NCBI GenBank assembly: GCA_964458685.1
Contig: CAYWNG010000002.1
Span: 1 to 32,401 of the forward strand
Length of the DNA: 32,401 nucleotides
Direction: 5' to 3'
Source of the DNA: an uncultured Pirellulaceae bacterium
GTDB taxonomy: Bacteria > Planctomycetota > Planctomycetia > Pirellulales > Pirellulaceae
Below, in pieces: positions 9,081 through 18,395 of this stretch (the first letter of the stretch is position 1; every line of letters begins with the position of its first letter). A program made the position numbers and the translations under genes. The notes under the pieces are model-generated. The model worked only from the letters and a program-made list of their open reading frames with translations, had not been told where the DNA came from and did no database searches.

Positions 9081-9455
9081 CTAGTTGAGTTGCAGTTCGT
9101 GGGTTCCGGCCTGCGTAATCTCGATCTTGCGATCCATTGATCCCTGCCGGAATGGGGCCGGGATCTTGCCAATGTCAGCTTCGCTTTTGCCTTTTTCAAC
9201 GAAGTAGGTGTAGGTTCCCGGTGTTACCTCGGAGGAACCTTCACCGTTCGAAATTGGAATGTCAGCTTGTCGACCACCCGATACGATTGGCTGTAACGTC
9301 ACGGTCACGTTGTTTACCGGCTTACCACCCGAGGTAACCTTTAATGTTACCTTTACGGGACCGGATGGCGGGGTAATCGTTGGTCCACCGCAACCGGTCA
9401 AGCCTGACAAAGCCAAGCTGACCAGAATTGTCATTCCAAACAAATAGCCTCTCAT
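9081..9455 (-). CDS. Small lipoprotein with a carboxypeptidase-regulatory/transthyretin-like beta-sandwich (DUF1559 partner)
   Basis: Lipobox LTGC, then G.PV..V.V.L.P, PG.Y and IP..F motifs typical of the lipoproteins that follow DUF1559 genes. Confidence 0.75.
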   Translation of the reverse strand: MRGYLFGMTILVSLALSGLTGCGGPTITPPSGPVKVTLKVTSGGKPVNNVTVTLQPIVSGGRQADIPISNGEGSSEVTPGTYTYFVEKGKSEADIGKIPAPFRQGSMDRKIEITQAGTHELQLN

Positions 9456-9476
9456 CGAACTTTACCTCAAAGAGTC

Positions 9477-10598
9477 TTAGAATTCTGGAGTAACTTGTCC
9501 GTCGGAAGCACCGGCAGCAAACTTCAGAATGGACCAGTCAACTGTGTCGGCGATGAATCGGACGGAGCCGTCGCCCATCGCTGTGTTTACTCCACCTGGG
9601 TGGAAGCTGAATGGTTCGTCGTTAGGTCCGCAGTTGTTGTTTTGCCACAAGCATGTTGGAGGACCACCCAACGGTCTCTTGTTTTGGTTGATTCTCAGAA
9701 CGCGAGAAGCTGGCGAAAGAGCATTGCTTGGTCCCGAAAGACCGTTGGTGCCTGCATCAGGATCAGCCCAAGCGTACATACGACGTCCACCGGTAGATCC
9801 ACCGGTCCAAGCAACCGAGTCTACAGCAATCGGTGCTGGTCGTGAAGATAGGGACGCAAATAGACCTGTGTTTGGGTGGGCTCGTCCTGCGTCTTCGATA
9901 CACAGAATTGTGTTTGATGTTCCGTCAGTGATCATGTTGAAGCCGCCTCTGCCTTCGCAGGACAAGCAGCCTTGGCGAGTCATCGCCAAACGATCCGCAG
10001 CGACTGTTGGACGCGAACCTTGCTCCCAAGCCTGACCAGTTCGCTCTTCAACGTCGGTTACAGCAATGAACATGTAGTCCCATGCGCCGTATCCATCAGG
10101 AGCTCGCGCGCCTTGATCGATAGGTGTACTTGGGCAAACGTATGCTGGAATTACAGATTTAGCAGCAGCTACGGTTTGCGGAAAGTCGGGGTCATTGTAC
10201 ACCGCACCGCGAGCGTTTGCGTGGATTTGAGTGAGGGTGTAAGGAGTGGTCTTAGTCGTCATTTGTGCACGAGTCAGATTGTGTTCCATCTGATCGTAAA
10301 TGTTGTTAGCTTCGATGTATGGCAACAACAGCGTCGGTGTCGACTCGGTCATGTAAGTCGTAGTTCCGGTTCCGGAGCTATCGCACTGACCTGGGTGAGG
10401 CAGTCTCTTGTAGGCGCTTTCGAAGTTGTGGACGGCAAGTCCGATTTGCTTCATGTTGTTGCTGCAAGACATACGTCGAGCGGCTTCACGAGCAGCTTGA
10501 ACGGCTGGCAACAGCAGGCCAACCAAAATTCCGATGATGGCGATAACGACGAGCAGCTCAACGAGCGTGAACCCGCCGCGTACTTTGTAACGCGACAT
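9477..10598 (-). CDS. DUF1559 protein (prepilin-type N-terminal cleavage/methylation site, C-terminal H-X9-DG)
   Basis: G|[76 protein letters not shown]. Confidence 0.95.
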   Translation of the reverse strand: MSRYKVRGGFTLVELLVVIAIIGILVGLLLPAVQAAREAARRMSCSNNMKQIGLAVHNFESAYKRLPHPGQCDSSGTGTTTYMTESTPTLLLPYIEANNIYDQMEHNLTRAQMTTKTTPYTLTQIHANARGAVYNDPDFPQTVAAAKSVIPAYVCPSTPIDQGARAPDGYGAWDYMFIAVTDVEERTGQAWEQGSRPTVAADRLAMTRQGCLSCEGRGGFNMITDGTSNTILCIEDAGRAHPNTGLFASLSSRPAPIAVDSVAWTGGSTGGRRMYAWADPDAGTNGLSGPSNALSPASRVLRINQNKRPLGGPPTCLWQNNNCGPNDEPFSFHPGGVNTAMGDGSVRFIADTVDWSILKFAAGASDGQVTPEF

Positions 10599-10715
10599 TT
10601 CTTGTCCCTTAAAAACTCTGTTCTAAACGTAGGTGTATTACTTCTAAGGCGAATTGTTTGGTACCTAATTCACACCCGTAACAGCTTAGAAATCGCCGAG
10701 AAAGTTGCATGCCTA

Positions 10716-10774
10716 ATTGTGTTAAGATTAGAAGAAGGTTGTGTTAAGAGATCTTCGCAGAAAATTAACAATCG
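10716..10774. promoter_or_regulatory. Pho-box-like 11-bp-phased repeats, back to back on both strands
   Basis: Minus strand 10748->10716 reads CTTAACACAAC CTTCTTCTAAT CTTAACACAAT. Plus strand 10753-10774 reads CTTCGCAGAAA ATTAACAATCG. Located in the divergent DUF1559/pstS spacer. Confidence 0.65.
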
Positions 10775-10916
10775 CTGTCTAGCGTTGTTTTCTCCCTACC
10801 TTTGTGCCTCTGTGAGAGACGCAATTGTTCCTGTCGGCGAGTCTGGAAAGTGTGTGAAACAATAGCCTCCCTTGGATGAAGAGGCTTTGTCTCATCCCTC
10901 TAAAGTGTTGCATCGG

Positions 10917-10938
10917 CCTTTGTTAAGGTTTTGTGAAT
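10917..10938 (-). promoter_or_regulatory. Pho-box-like tandem repeat upstream of pstS
   Basis: Minus strand reads ATTCACAAAAC CTTAACAAAGG (two half-sites 11 bp apart), about 100 bp upstream of pstS and oriented opposite to it. Confidence 0.55.
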
Positions 10939-11039
10939 TCGTCCGCTCCCTTCGCTCTAATGCTTGTTACGAACTTGCCTCCATGATGCAATGAGCGGCT
11001 GAAACATTAGCATTTGGGTGCTGTGAGATTTGTTCCCGC

Positions 11040-12119
11040 ATGAAGATTGATCCGATGAGAAGGTTAGTTCTTTCGTTGCTCGTTCTAAGTTGTGCATTCG
11101 CCGGTGGATGTGCAAAGAACGAGTCCGGTAGTCCCAGTAGTTCCAGCGGTTCGTCGTCTGCTAGAACCAAGTTACAAGGTTCCGGAGCCAGCTTTCCTGC
11201 TCCACTCTACCTACGTTGGTTCAAGGACTACGAGAAGAAGAGTTCAACGGTTTACGTTGACTACCAAGCGAAGGGTAGCGGTGCGGGGATTCAAGATTTG
11301 GTTAATGAAACTGTTGATTTTGCAGCCAGCGATGCAGCTATGACTACCGAGGAAATTGCCAAGGTAAAGAATGGCGTAGTGATGCTGCCGATGACCGCTG
11401 GCAAAGTTGTCTTGGCCTACAATCTGCCCAATGGCCCTACAGAGCTGAAGCTCTCTCGTGAAGCCTACTGCAAAATCTTGATGGGTGAGATCACTAAGTG
11501 GAATGACCCAGTGATTGTAGCCTGCAACGCAGGAGCGACCTTGCCTGATGTGGCAATTACTGTTGTGGTTCGATCCGACAGCAGTGGAACGACGCACGTT
11601 CTCTCGACACACCTTGCGGCTGTGAATTCGCAATGGAAAGAGAAGTACGGAATCAACAAGACCATCAATTGGCCAAACGTGAGCCACTTGGTTAAGGCTC
11701 CAAAAAACGATGGTGTTATGGCCCTGATCAAGCAGACTCCAGGTGCGATTGGCTACGTAGAGTACGGTTTTGCACTGCAAACCAAGCAGCCTGTGGCAAC
11801 GCTTGAGAATCAGTCGGGTTCGTACGTCAAGCCAACGACGCAGACGGGACAAGCTGCTTTGGCAAGTGTTTCGGACGTGCCCGAAGATCTAGTGGTTTGG
11901 ATTGCTGATCCCGTAGGTGCGGACTGTTACCCGATCGTCAGCTACACATGGTTGCTGTGCTATCAGAAATACAGCGATCCAGCCAAGTTAAAGGCAGTTC
12001 ACGACTTGGTGGATTACTGCGTTGGCGAGGGACAGTCGATCAGCGAGTCGATTGGCTATATTCCGTTGCCGACCAGCATGATTGAAAAAGTTCGCGCAGC
12101 GACTGCGAAGATTCAGTAG
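11040..12119 (+). CDS. pstS: Phosphate ABC transporter substrate-binding lipoprotein
   Basis: Lipobox FAGGC, Ser-rich linker, GSGASFP.P.Y, GSGAG, DFAASD, RSDSSGTT, GAIGYVE, YPI...TW. The start may be the ATG at 11055. Confidence 0.96.
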   Translation: MKIDPMRRLVLSLLVLSCAFAGGCAKNESGSPSSSSGSSSARTKLQGSGASFPAPLYLRWFKDYEKKSSTVYVDYQAKGSGAGIQDLVNETVDFAASDAAMTTEEIAKVKNGVVMLPMTAGKVVLAYNLPNGPTELKLSREAYCKILMGEITKWNDPVIVACNAGATLPDVAITVVVRSDSSGTTHVLSTHLAAVNSQWKEKYGINKTINWPNVSHLVKAPKNDGVMALIKQTPGAIGYVEYGFALQTKQPVATLENQSGSYVKPTTQTGQAALASVSDVPEDLVVWIADPVGADCYPIVSYTWLLCYQKYSDPAKLKAVHDLVDYCVGEGQSISESIGYIPLPTSMIEKVRAATAKIQ

Positions 12120-12162
12120 AGGCATCGCCGAAACGCGGACTGAGGAGGCGGGCTGAGGGCTT

Positions 12163-13116
12163 ATGAACAACACCGTTGGTAAGAGCTTGAAGTTTGAGCG
12201 TACAGTAGACAGCGCGTTTCGCCGAGTCTGTTGGACGCTCGCGCTGCTGACCATCTTGCTGGGCGGATTGATCGTTTTCGAGATCTTCTTCCACGCAACT
12301 CCTGCAATCAAGAAATACGGATTCAGCTTTCTGACCTCATCGCAATGGGATCCCGCCAACGAAGCTTATGGCGTCTTGCCCGAGATTTGGGGGACGTTCT
12401 ATAGTTCTGTTCTCGCATTGATCGTCGCCGGCCTGTTGGGTGTTTCCGTCGCGATTTGGTTGACGCAGAATTTCTTGCCCAGTCGCGTTGAGTGGCTTCT
12501 GAAGACCGTAGTTGAATTGTTGGCTGCTATACCTAGCGTGGTTTATGGCCTGTGGGGCATCTACTACGTGATTCCCATGCTGCGACCCATCGCGGGTTGG
12601 TTGCATGAGCAATTTTCTTGGGTGCCATTCTTCAGCACTCCCTTTACCGGACCAGGAATTTTGCCAGCGGCCTTAGTCCTTGGAATCATGATCTTGCCAA
12701 CAGTTGCCTCGGTCAGCCGCGATGCTCTGAGCGCCGTGCCTTCGCGACTGAAGGAAGCGGCGATGGGTTTGGGGGCAACGCGATGGGAAGTAATTTGGAA
12801 AGTTGTATTGCCAACAGCTTCACGCGGAATCGGTGCAGCGCTTGTTCTAGGTTTTGGACGAGCTATCGGTGAAACGATGGCACTTGCAATGCTCGCCGGA
12901 AACTCCAGTCGGTTGACTCTTTCCCTGCTGTCACCGTCGAATACGTTGGCTGCACGTTTGGCAAATCAGTTTCCCGAAGCTGGACCGAGCGAGGCTTCTG
13001 CATTGATGTTTGCTGCTCTGGTTCTCATGGCTCTCAGCCTAAGTGCTAATGTCTTCGGTGTGGCCATCAATCTGCGAGCCCGGTATAAACTGGCTCGAGT
13101 AGGAGTTGCACGATGA
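12163..13116 (+). CDS. pstC: Phosphate ABC transporter permease
   Basis: W.P....YG.LP.I.GT, ELLAAIPSVVYGLWG, IMILPT, EAA..LGATRWE, GRAIGETMA. Confidence 0.96.
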   Translation: MNNTVGKSLKFERTVDSAFRRVCWTLALLTILLGGLIVFEIFFHATPAIKKYGFSFLTSSQWDPANEAYGVLPEIWGTFYSSVLALIVAGLLGVSVAIWLTQNFLPSRVEWLLKTVVELLAAIPSVVYGLWGIYYVIPMLRPIAGWLHEQFSWVPFFSTPFTGPGILPAALVLGIMILPTVASVSRDALSAVPSRLKEAAMGLGATRWEVIWKVVLPTASRGIGAALVLGFGRAIGETMALAMLAGNSSRLTLSLLSPSNTLAARLANQFPEAGPSEASALMFAALVLMALSLSANVFGVAINLRARYKLARVGVAR

Positions 13117-14018
13117 GCATGTCACCAGCAACACGCCAAGAGTTCGACACTCAATCGCTTTTCTACGATCGATGGAAGAGTCGCTCGCTTCGTAACTCAT
13201 TGATGAATTGGGTTAGTGGTTCCATCGCTCTGATCGCCTGCCTGCCTCTACTTTCGTTGTTGGGTATGGTGATTTACCGCGGAAGTCGAGCGTTAAGTTG
13301 GTCATCGTTTGTTGAGCTTCCCCCGGCACCAATGCAAGAAGGTGGCGGGTTTGGCAATGCAATGGTCGGTACCATCACGATGGTTTCGATTGCAGCACTG
13401 TTGGCCGTGCCATCTGGAATACTCACCGCAATTTTTCTAGCCTATCTCGGTCCCGATAGTAAACTCGCCGAAGCTGTTCGGTTTGTAGCCCGCGTCCTTT
13501 CTGGATTGCCTTCGATTCTGGCTGGTGTGTTCGCTTACGCTATGGTCGTGCTCGTGATGAAAAGCTACTCGGCATTTGCTGGAGGCGTCGCGCTGGCAGT
13601 GCTAATGTTGCCGATCATTTTGTTAACAGCCGAACAATCGATGCGAATGGTGCAAGCACGATTGATCGAAGCTGCGGTTGGTATGGGATGCACATCTGCT
13701 CAAGTGGTCCGACGAGTTTTGCTACCGACTGCCTTTCCTGGAATACTCACCGGCGTCTTGTTGGCGATCGCTCGAGCTGCTGGCGAGACAGCTCCGCTGC
13801 TCTTCACCGCGCTCTTCAGCAATTACTGGTTGGTCCAAGAGGGACAGTTGAAATTGGCTGAGCCTACTGCTTCCCTTGCCGTGTTCATTTTCAATTTTTC
13901 GGGCTCCGCCTTTGACAATCTTGTTGAAATGGCCTGGAGCGGAGCACTAATTCTGGTGCTCATGATCCTTACTCTGAATCTTACTGCTCAGCTTCTTGCC
14001 AAGAAGCTCCAACGTTAG
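13113..14018 (+). CDS. pstA: Phosphate ABC transporter permease
   Basis: [29 protein letters not shown]; ATGA overlap with the pstC stop. Confidence 0.95.
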   Translation: MSMSPATRQEFDTQSLFYDRWKSRSLRNSLMNWVSGSIALIACLPLLSLLGMVIYRGSRALSWSSFVELPPAPMQEGGGFGNAMVGTITMVSIAALLAVPSGILTAIFLAYLGPDSKLAEAVRFVARVLSGLPSILAGVFAYAMVVLVMKSYSAFAGGVALAVLMLPIILLTAEQSMRMVQARLIEAAVGMGCTSAQVVRRVLLPTAFPGILTGVLLAIARAAGETAPLLFTALFSNYWLVQEGQLKLAEPTASLAVFIFNFSGSAFDNLVEMAWSGALILVLMILTLNLTAQLLAKKLQR

Positions 14019-14028
14019 CGAGTCCATC

Positions 14029-14856
14029 ATGCCAACATTAACGGCTCAACCTCCACATGCCATCAAGCCACCGAAGACTCCAGTTCGCCACGATCCGATT
14101 ATTGAGTGCGAGATTCGCAAGCTGTTCTACGGCGATTTTCTCGCGGTGAAGAACAGCTCATTGAGCATCGAAAAAGGCAAGATCACAGCCTTCATCGGTC
14201 CTTCGGGTTGCGGCAAAAGCACCGTCCTTCGATGCATGAATCGGCTTAACGATATCGTACGAGGCTTTCGCTTAGAAGGTCGGGTCGCGATGGCCGGCCA
14301 AGATATCTATGCGGCCAATGTCGACCCAGTCAGCGTTCGCAGGCATATCGGCATGGTCTTTCAACAACCCACGCCGTTTGTGATGAGCGTTTACGATAAC
14401 GTCGCTTTTGGATTGCGAATCAATCGCGATAAGCAAGACTTAGATCATCGCGTCGAGCAAGCTTTGAAAAGCGCTGCGCTATGGGATGAAGTCAAGGACA
14501 AGCTCAAAAAGAGCGCTCTATCGCTTTCCGGTGGTCAACAGCAACGACTTTGCATCGCGCGGGCTATTGCCACTCAGCCTCAAGTTCTCTTGATGGACGA
14601 GCCCTGCTCTGCACTTGATCCGATTTCCACGCGTCGGATTGAAGAGTTGATGGTCGAGCTACGCAAGAGCTACACCATTGTTATTGTGACGCACAATTTG
14701 CATCAAGCGATGCGAGTTGCCGACTACACCGCCTTCATGTACGTCGACAAAGAAAGCCGCTCGGGCTATTTGGTCGAGTACGGCGAGACGGATCAGATTT
14801 TCAAACATCCCGCCGAAGAGTACACGCGTCAGTACGTCTGCGGACACTTCAGCTAG
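14029..14856 (+). CDS. pstB: Phosphate ABC transporter ATP-binding protein
   Basis: Walker [50 protein letters not shown] 14029 preferred over the TTG at 13996. Confidence 0.97.
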   Translation: MPTLTAQPPHAIKPPKTPVRHDPIIECEIRKLFYGDFLAVKNSSLSIEKGKITAFIGPSGCGKSTVLRCMNRLNDIVRGFRLEGRVAMAGQDIYAANVDPVSVRRHIGMVFQQPTPFVMSVYDNVAFGLRINRDKQDLDHRVEQALKSAALWDEVKDKLKKSALSLSGGQQQRLCIARAIATQPQVLLMDEPCSALDPISTRRIEELMVELRKSYTIVIVTHNLHQAMRVADYTAFMYVDKESRSGYLVEYGETDQIFKHPAEEYTRQYVCGHFS

Positions 14857-14889
14857 GTAATTTCCCTGCACAAGTTTTTGCCGCTTCTA

Positions 14890-15020
14890 AATCCCACCGG
14901 CTTGTCCGGTTGGATTCTTAGGTTTTTTGCTAGAGCAACGCTGGTGTGAAGTGTTGATTGGTGCGCCGCCTTCTAGCTAGCTCAAAAGCCTAACGATCTG
15001 CTGGGCAAGCCAGCAGGATT
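14890..15020. repeat. REPIN/BIME-like inverted doublet of palindromic units
   Basis: Left arm 14890-14933 is AATCCCACCGGCTTGTCCGGTTGGATTCTTAGGTTTTTTGCTAG. The reverse complement of the right arm (14977-15020) is AATCCTGCTGGCTTGCCCAGCAGATCGTTAGGCTTTTGAGCTAG. Each arm holds a hairpin around a GGCTTGYCC core. Confidence 0.7.
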
Positions 15021-15100
15021 TTCTCATTAGCGCGCACTTTGCATGTGGTTAGCTCAACTCTGGTTCTTACCCTCGGAGAAGAACCTACCCAAAAACTTCT

Positions 15101-15155
15101 CTTCATCAAATCATCATCGCTTGTTCTCGTAATCCTCACATCTTCTTAACGAAGC
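15101..15155 (+). promoter_or_regulatory. Five 11-bp-phased Pho-box-like half-sites upstream of the second DUF1559 gene
   Basis: CTTCATCAAAT CATCATCGCTT GTTCTCGTAAT CCTCACATCTT CTTAACGAAGC. Confidence 0.6.
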
Positions 15156-15248
15156 GCCGGTAACATCCTGGGCATTCAATCTCACTGACCACAGTGGCGG
15201 TGATGAATTGATGGACTCTTTGCTTTGTTGTTGAGTGATGAGGTGATG

Positions 15249-16235
15249 ATGAGAAAGAACTGTACGAGTCATACCAGAGGTTTTACTCTGGTTGAGCTGC
15301 TAGTCGTGATCGCCATTATTGGCATTCTTGTTGGATTGTTGCTTCCCGCTGTTCAAGCTGCTCGAGAGGCTGCTCGACGCATGTCCTGTGGCAATAACGT
15401 CAAGCAGATGGCCTTGGCTTTGCACAACTACGAAAGCACCTTCAAGCGTTTGCCGCCAGCAATGTTTGGACATCCAACCAATGGCCACACATTGGATGAT
15501 GACGGATTTGGATGGCAAGTTGCGATTCTTTCCTTCATGGAACAAGACGCTCTGTACCAGCAAATCAATCCAAACGGTCAGGGTGGAGCGTTGGGCGACC
15601 AGCCGACTCGCAACGTCTTTTATCCTGGAATTCCCAGTCCACACCCAGGCGGAAGATCGCAAGTGCCTGCCTATCGCTGCCCCTCATCGGCCCTGCCCGA
15701 CTTCGTTCCAGCTTCCTGGGTGATTCCCGGTGACACAATCAGCCGAGTAATCGATCCCGATCAAGCACTTGCCGTCGGCTATGCTACCACGGACTACAAA
15801 GGTGCGGGTGGAAGTTGTTTCGGCGACTTTGGAATGTTGCATGCTCTCAAGGAGAACCGTGCAACGTGTCGATTTGCAGATGTCACGGACGGTTTGAGCA
15901 ATACCATTGCCATTGGTGAATCGGCTTATGTAACAGACACGGGCAGTTCACAGTTTCGCGACTGGCCAACTTGGATCGGTGCCTTCGGTGACGGTGGTGA
16001 TGAGACTGTTCGAATCAACGGAAGAACCGAAAGTCCGATCAACTGCCAATGTAACAAGAACAAGATGATTCTTGCAATCAACGACGACTGCGCTTTTAGC
16101 TACCACTCCGGTGGAGCACAGTTTGGTTTCGGCGATGGCTCAGTTCAGTTCCTCAGCGAGAACCTTGATATTGGCACTTATTGCAACTTGCATGATCGTC
16201 GCGACGGTAATGTCTTAGGCAACTGGGGCCAGTAG
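15249..16235 (+). CDS. DUF1559 protein (prepilin-type N-terminus, H-X9-DG)
   Basis: G|[83 protein letters not shown] at 15240; ATG 15246 is an alternative start. Confidence 0.95.
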   Translation: MRKNCTSHTRGFTLVELLVVIAIIGILVGLLLPAVQAAREAARRMSCGNNVKQMALALHNYESTFKRLPPAMFGHPTNGHTLDDDGFGWQVAILSFMEQDALYQQINPNGQGGALGDQPTRNVFYPGIPSPHPGGRSQVPAYRCPSSALPDFVPASWVIPGDTISRVIDPDQALAVGYATTDYKGAGGSCFGDFGMLHALKENRATCRFADVTDGLSNTIAIGESAYVTDTGSSQFRDWPTWIGAFGDGGDETVRINGRTESPINCQCNKNKMILAINDDCAFSYHSGGAQFGFGDGSVQFLSENLDIGTYCNLHDRRDGNVLGNWGQ

Positions 16236-16260
16236 AGTCCTGCTGCAACTTAATCCTTCC

Positions 16261-16290
16261 AAAGCGAACTGATTCTTCAGTTCGCTTTCT
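16261..16290 (+). terminator. Intra-operon hairpin (attenuator or mRNA stabiliser) between DUF1559 and its lipoprotein
   Basis: Perfect 12-bp stem AAAGCGAACTGA-TTCT-TCAGTTCGCTTT with a weak U tail. Confidence 0.7.
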
Positions 16291-16316
16291 ACGACTGATA
16301 ACTGTAGAGGACAAAA

Positions 16317-16778
16317 ATGAAGTCAATGAGTAAACGTATATGGTCCATTGCCTTACTGACCTTCTGCGTCGCGCTTACGGGCTGTGGTGGAGGTGGATTC
16401 CCTACCGCGCAGGTTACTGGTCGCGTAGTCTGCGAGGGTAACCCAGTTGAAGGTGCCATGGTTTACTTCGAACCAATCAAGGGGAGCGGAACCAATGGAC
16501 TCGCCGGTAAGCAAGGCTTCTCATACACCGACGCTGAAGGCAAGTTTGTAATCTCCACTTACGAGCCAGGTGGACACGACGGTGCTGTGATTGGCAAACA
16601 TCGCGTTCGCGTTGGTAAAGGCAAGGCCAAATGCAACTGCGCAATGAATGCCGAAGTCGACCTGATGGAGGTTGAAGTCAAGGCTGAAGGCAAGAATGAG
16701 TTTGAGCTCGTGTTGCGAAAGGCTACAGCACAAGAAGTGGCACGGGATAAGACGAGTAAAGGTGACGACGAAGACTAA
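16317..16778 (+). CDS. Small lipoprotein with a carboxypeptidase-regulatory-like domain (DUF1559 partner)
   Basis: Lipobox LTGC, V.G.V...G.PV.GA.V.F.P, TDAEG.F..STY....DGAV.G.H.V; AGAGGA RBS. Confidence 0.85.
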   Translation: MKSMSKRIWSIALLTFCVALTGCGGGGFPTAQVTGRVVCEGNPVEGAMVYFEPIKGSGTNGLAGKQGFSYTDAEGKFVISTYEPGGHDGAVIGKHRVRVGKGKAKCNCAMNAEVDLMEVEVKAEGKNEFELVLRKATAQEVARDKTSKGDDED

Positions 16779-16787
16779 TCCACTGCC

Positions 16788-16855
16788 GCTGCTGGCCTCG
16801 CGATCTCGCCATGAATTCCCCCTCGTCCTCGCGTTGGCCAGCAGCTTTTTCTTTT
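16788..16855 (+). terminator. Large-loop hairpin followed by a U-tract
   Basis: GCTGCTGGCC (16788-16797) pairs with GGCCAGCAGC (16836-16845), with inner CGCGA/TCGCG pairing, followed by TTTTTCTTTT. Confidence 0.55.
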
Positions 16856-16904
16856 CTAAATCCCACCATGCTGTTCATCAATCTCTCATGACGATGAGTC
16901 CTGA

Positions 16905-18395
16905 ATGCTAGGCCGTTGGCTATCGAGTTTACAGAGTTCTGCATCACGAAGTGAAGATATCGCGGCGGCCGCCTTCTTTCGCTTTGCCTTTGGCGTAACG
17001 ACCTGCTTTTGGGCCTGGGACTATCTGGCATCGGGACGTGTTAGCCGACTGTACGTTGCGCCGGTGTTTCACTTCAAATATCCGCTCCTGGAATTTGTCC
17101 AGCCGCTTCCCGGCGAAGGGATGTATCTGTTTTTCCTCTGGCTGATGGTGCTGTCGTTATTGATTGCGATTGGATGGTTTTACCGAATCGCATCTGTTGC
17201 GTTCGCCGTTAGTTTCACCTACTTCTTCCTGATCGAAAGAACTAACTACCAAAACCACTACTATCTCATCTGCTTGATAAGTTGGTGCTTACCATGGCTG
17301 CCTTTGAATCAAAACTTTTCCGTCGATAGTCGAACTGGCCGCACCGCATCCAAAGACTCTGTTCCAAACTGGGTTTACTGGATACTGCGTTTTTACATCG
17401 GCGTGCCCTACTTCTTCGGCGGTGTGGCCAAGTTGACAACAGATTGGTTGCAGGGGCAACCCATGGAGTTGTTCTTGAGTTCTAAGGCGGAACTCCCGTT
17501 GATCGGAGGGATACTACAGGCCCCTTTCGCCGTTGAGCTATTCTCGTGGGGCGGCTTGTTCTTTGATTTGGCGATAGTTCCATTGCTTCTGTGGAGTCGG
17601 AGCCGATGGCTGGCGTATTGCCTATGCGTGGGCTTTCACATTACCAACTCGTTCTTGTTTCAGATCCACATCTTTCCGTGGTTTATGATTCTCGCCACGA
17701 CAATCTTCTTCTCGCCAAGTTGGCCAAGGCAACTTCTGGGAATCCCGAATCCTGATAGCAGCTCATCAGATAACAAGAATATCGGTGATAGAACAAACGC
17801 TGTTGCGACTCTTAGTCCATTATGGTTAATCGCCTTGATCGGACTTGGATTATTTCACTGTGTGTGGCCGCTTCGAAGTCGCTTGTATAACGAAGAGACC
17901 AGTTGGACCGAACGTGGGCATTTATTCTCGTGGCGCATGATGCTTCGCGCGAAAGAGGTAGGCATCGGCTATGCGGTTGTCGATCCAGCTTCTGGACGAG
18001 CGGCAAACGTGGATCACAAACAGTTTATCGATCCAGAGCAAGCTGAGAAGTTCGCGCGAGATCCAGAGTTGATCCGTCAACTAGCACACTTTATCGCCAA
18101 CAAATTCGAAACGGAAATGGGACGTCGTCCTGAGGTCTATGCGCTGGTGCTGACTTCGCTCAACGGCCGTAAGCCCCAGTTGATGATCGATCCCAACGTC
18201 GATCTTGCTGCACAACCTTTTGCATTGTGGGAAAAGCCCTCTTGGGTTCTTCCACTGACCGAGCCATTTCGAAAAGAGGCGTGGCGCGTTCCCGTCGAAC
18301 AATGGAAGAGCCATATCGATCTTCCGCCGATCAAGTTTGTCGAAAGGATGAAGGCCCTTCAGAAATCGCGCGAGAACGACGCGAGCAAATCTTAA
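16905..18395 (+). CDS. HTTM-domain, vitamin K-dependent gamma-glutamyl carboxylase-like membrane protein
   Basis: FHFKY..L.FV.PLPG, YQNHYYL, YFFGGVAKL..DWL.G, FH..NS.LF.I.IFPW, W.E.GH.FSWRMML..K and SLNGR..Q..IDP.VDL; multiple TM helices. Confidence 0.9.
   Translation: MLGRWLSSLQSSASRSEDIAAAAFFRFAFGVTTCFWAWDYLASGRVSRLYVAPVFHFKYPLLEFVQPLPGEGMYLFFLWLMVLSLLIAIGWFYRIASVAFAVSFTYFFLIERTNYQNHYYLICLISWCLPWLPLNQNFSVDSRTGRTASKDSVPNWVYWILRFYIGVPYFFGGVAKLTTDWLQGQPMELFLSSKAELPLIGGILQAPFAVELFSWGGLFFDLAIVPLLLWSRSRWLAYCLCVGFHITNSFLFQIHIFPWFMILATTIFFSPSWPRQLLGIPNPDSSSSDNKNIGDRTNAVATLSPLWLIALIGLGLFHCVWPLRSRLYNEETSWTERGHLFSWRMMLRAKEVGIGYAVVDPASGRAANVDHKQFIDPEQAEKFARDPELIRQLAHFIANKFETEMGRRPEVYALVLTSLNGRKPQLMIDPNVDLAAQPFALWEKPSWVLPLTEPFRKEAWRVPVEQWKSHIDLPPIKFVERMKALQKSRENDASKS

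Noticed and set aside
9972-10865. 297-aa plus-strand ORF
   Set aside because: Antisense to the DUF1559 gene and runs across its promoter; no recognisable motifs.
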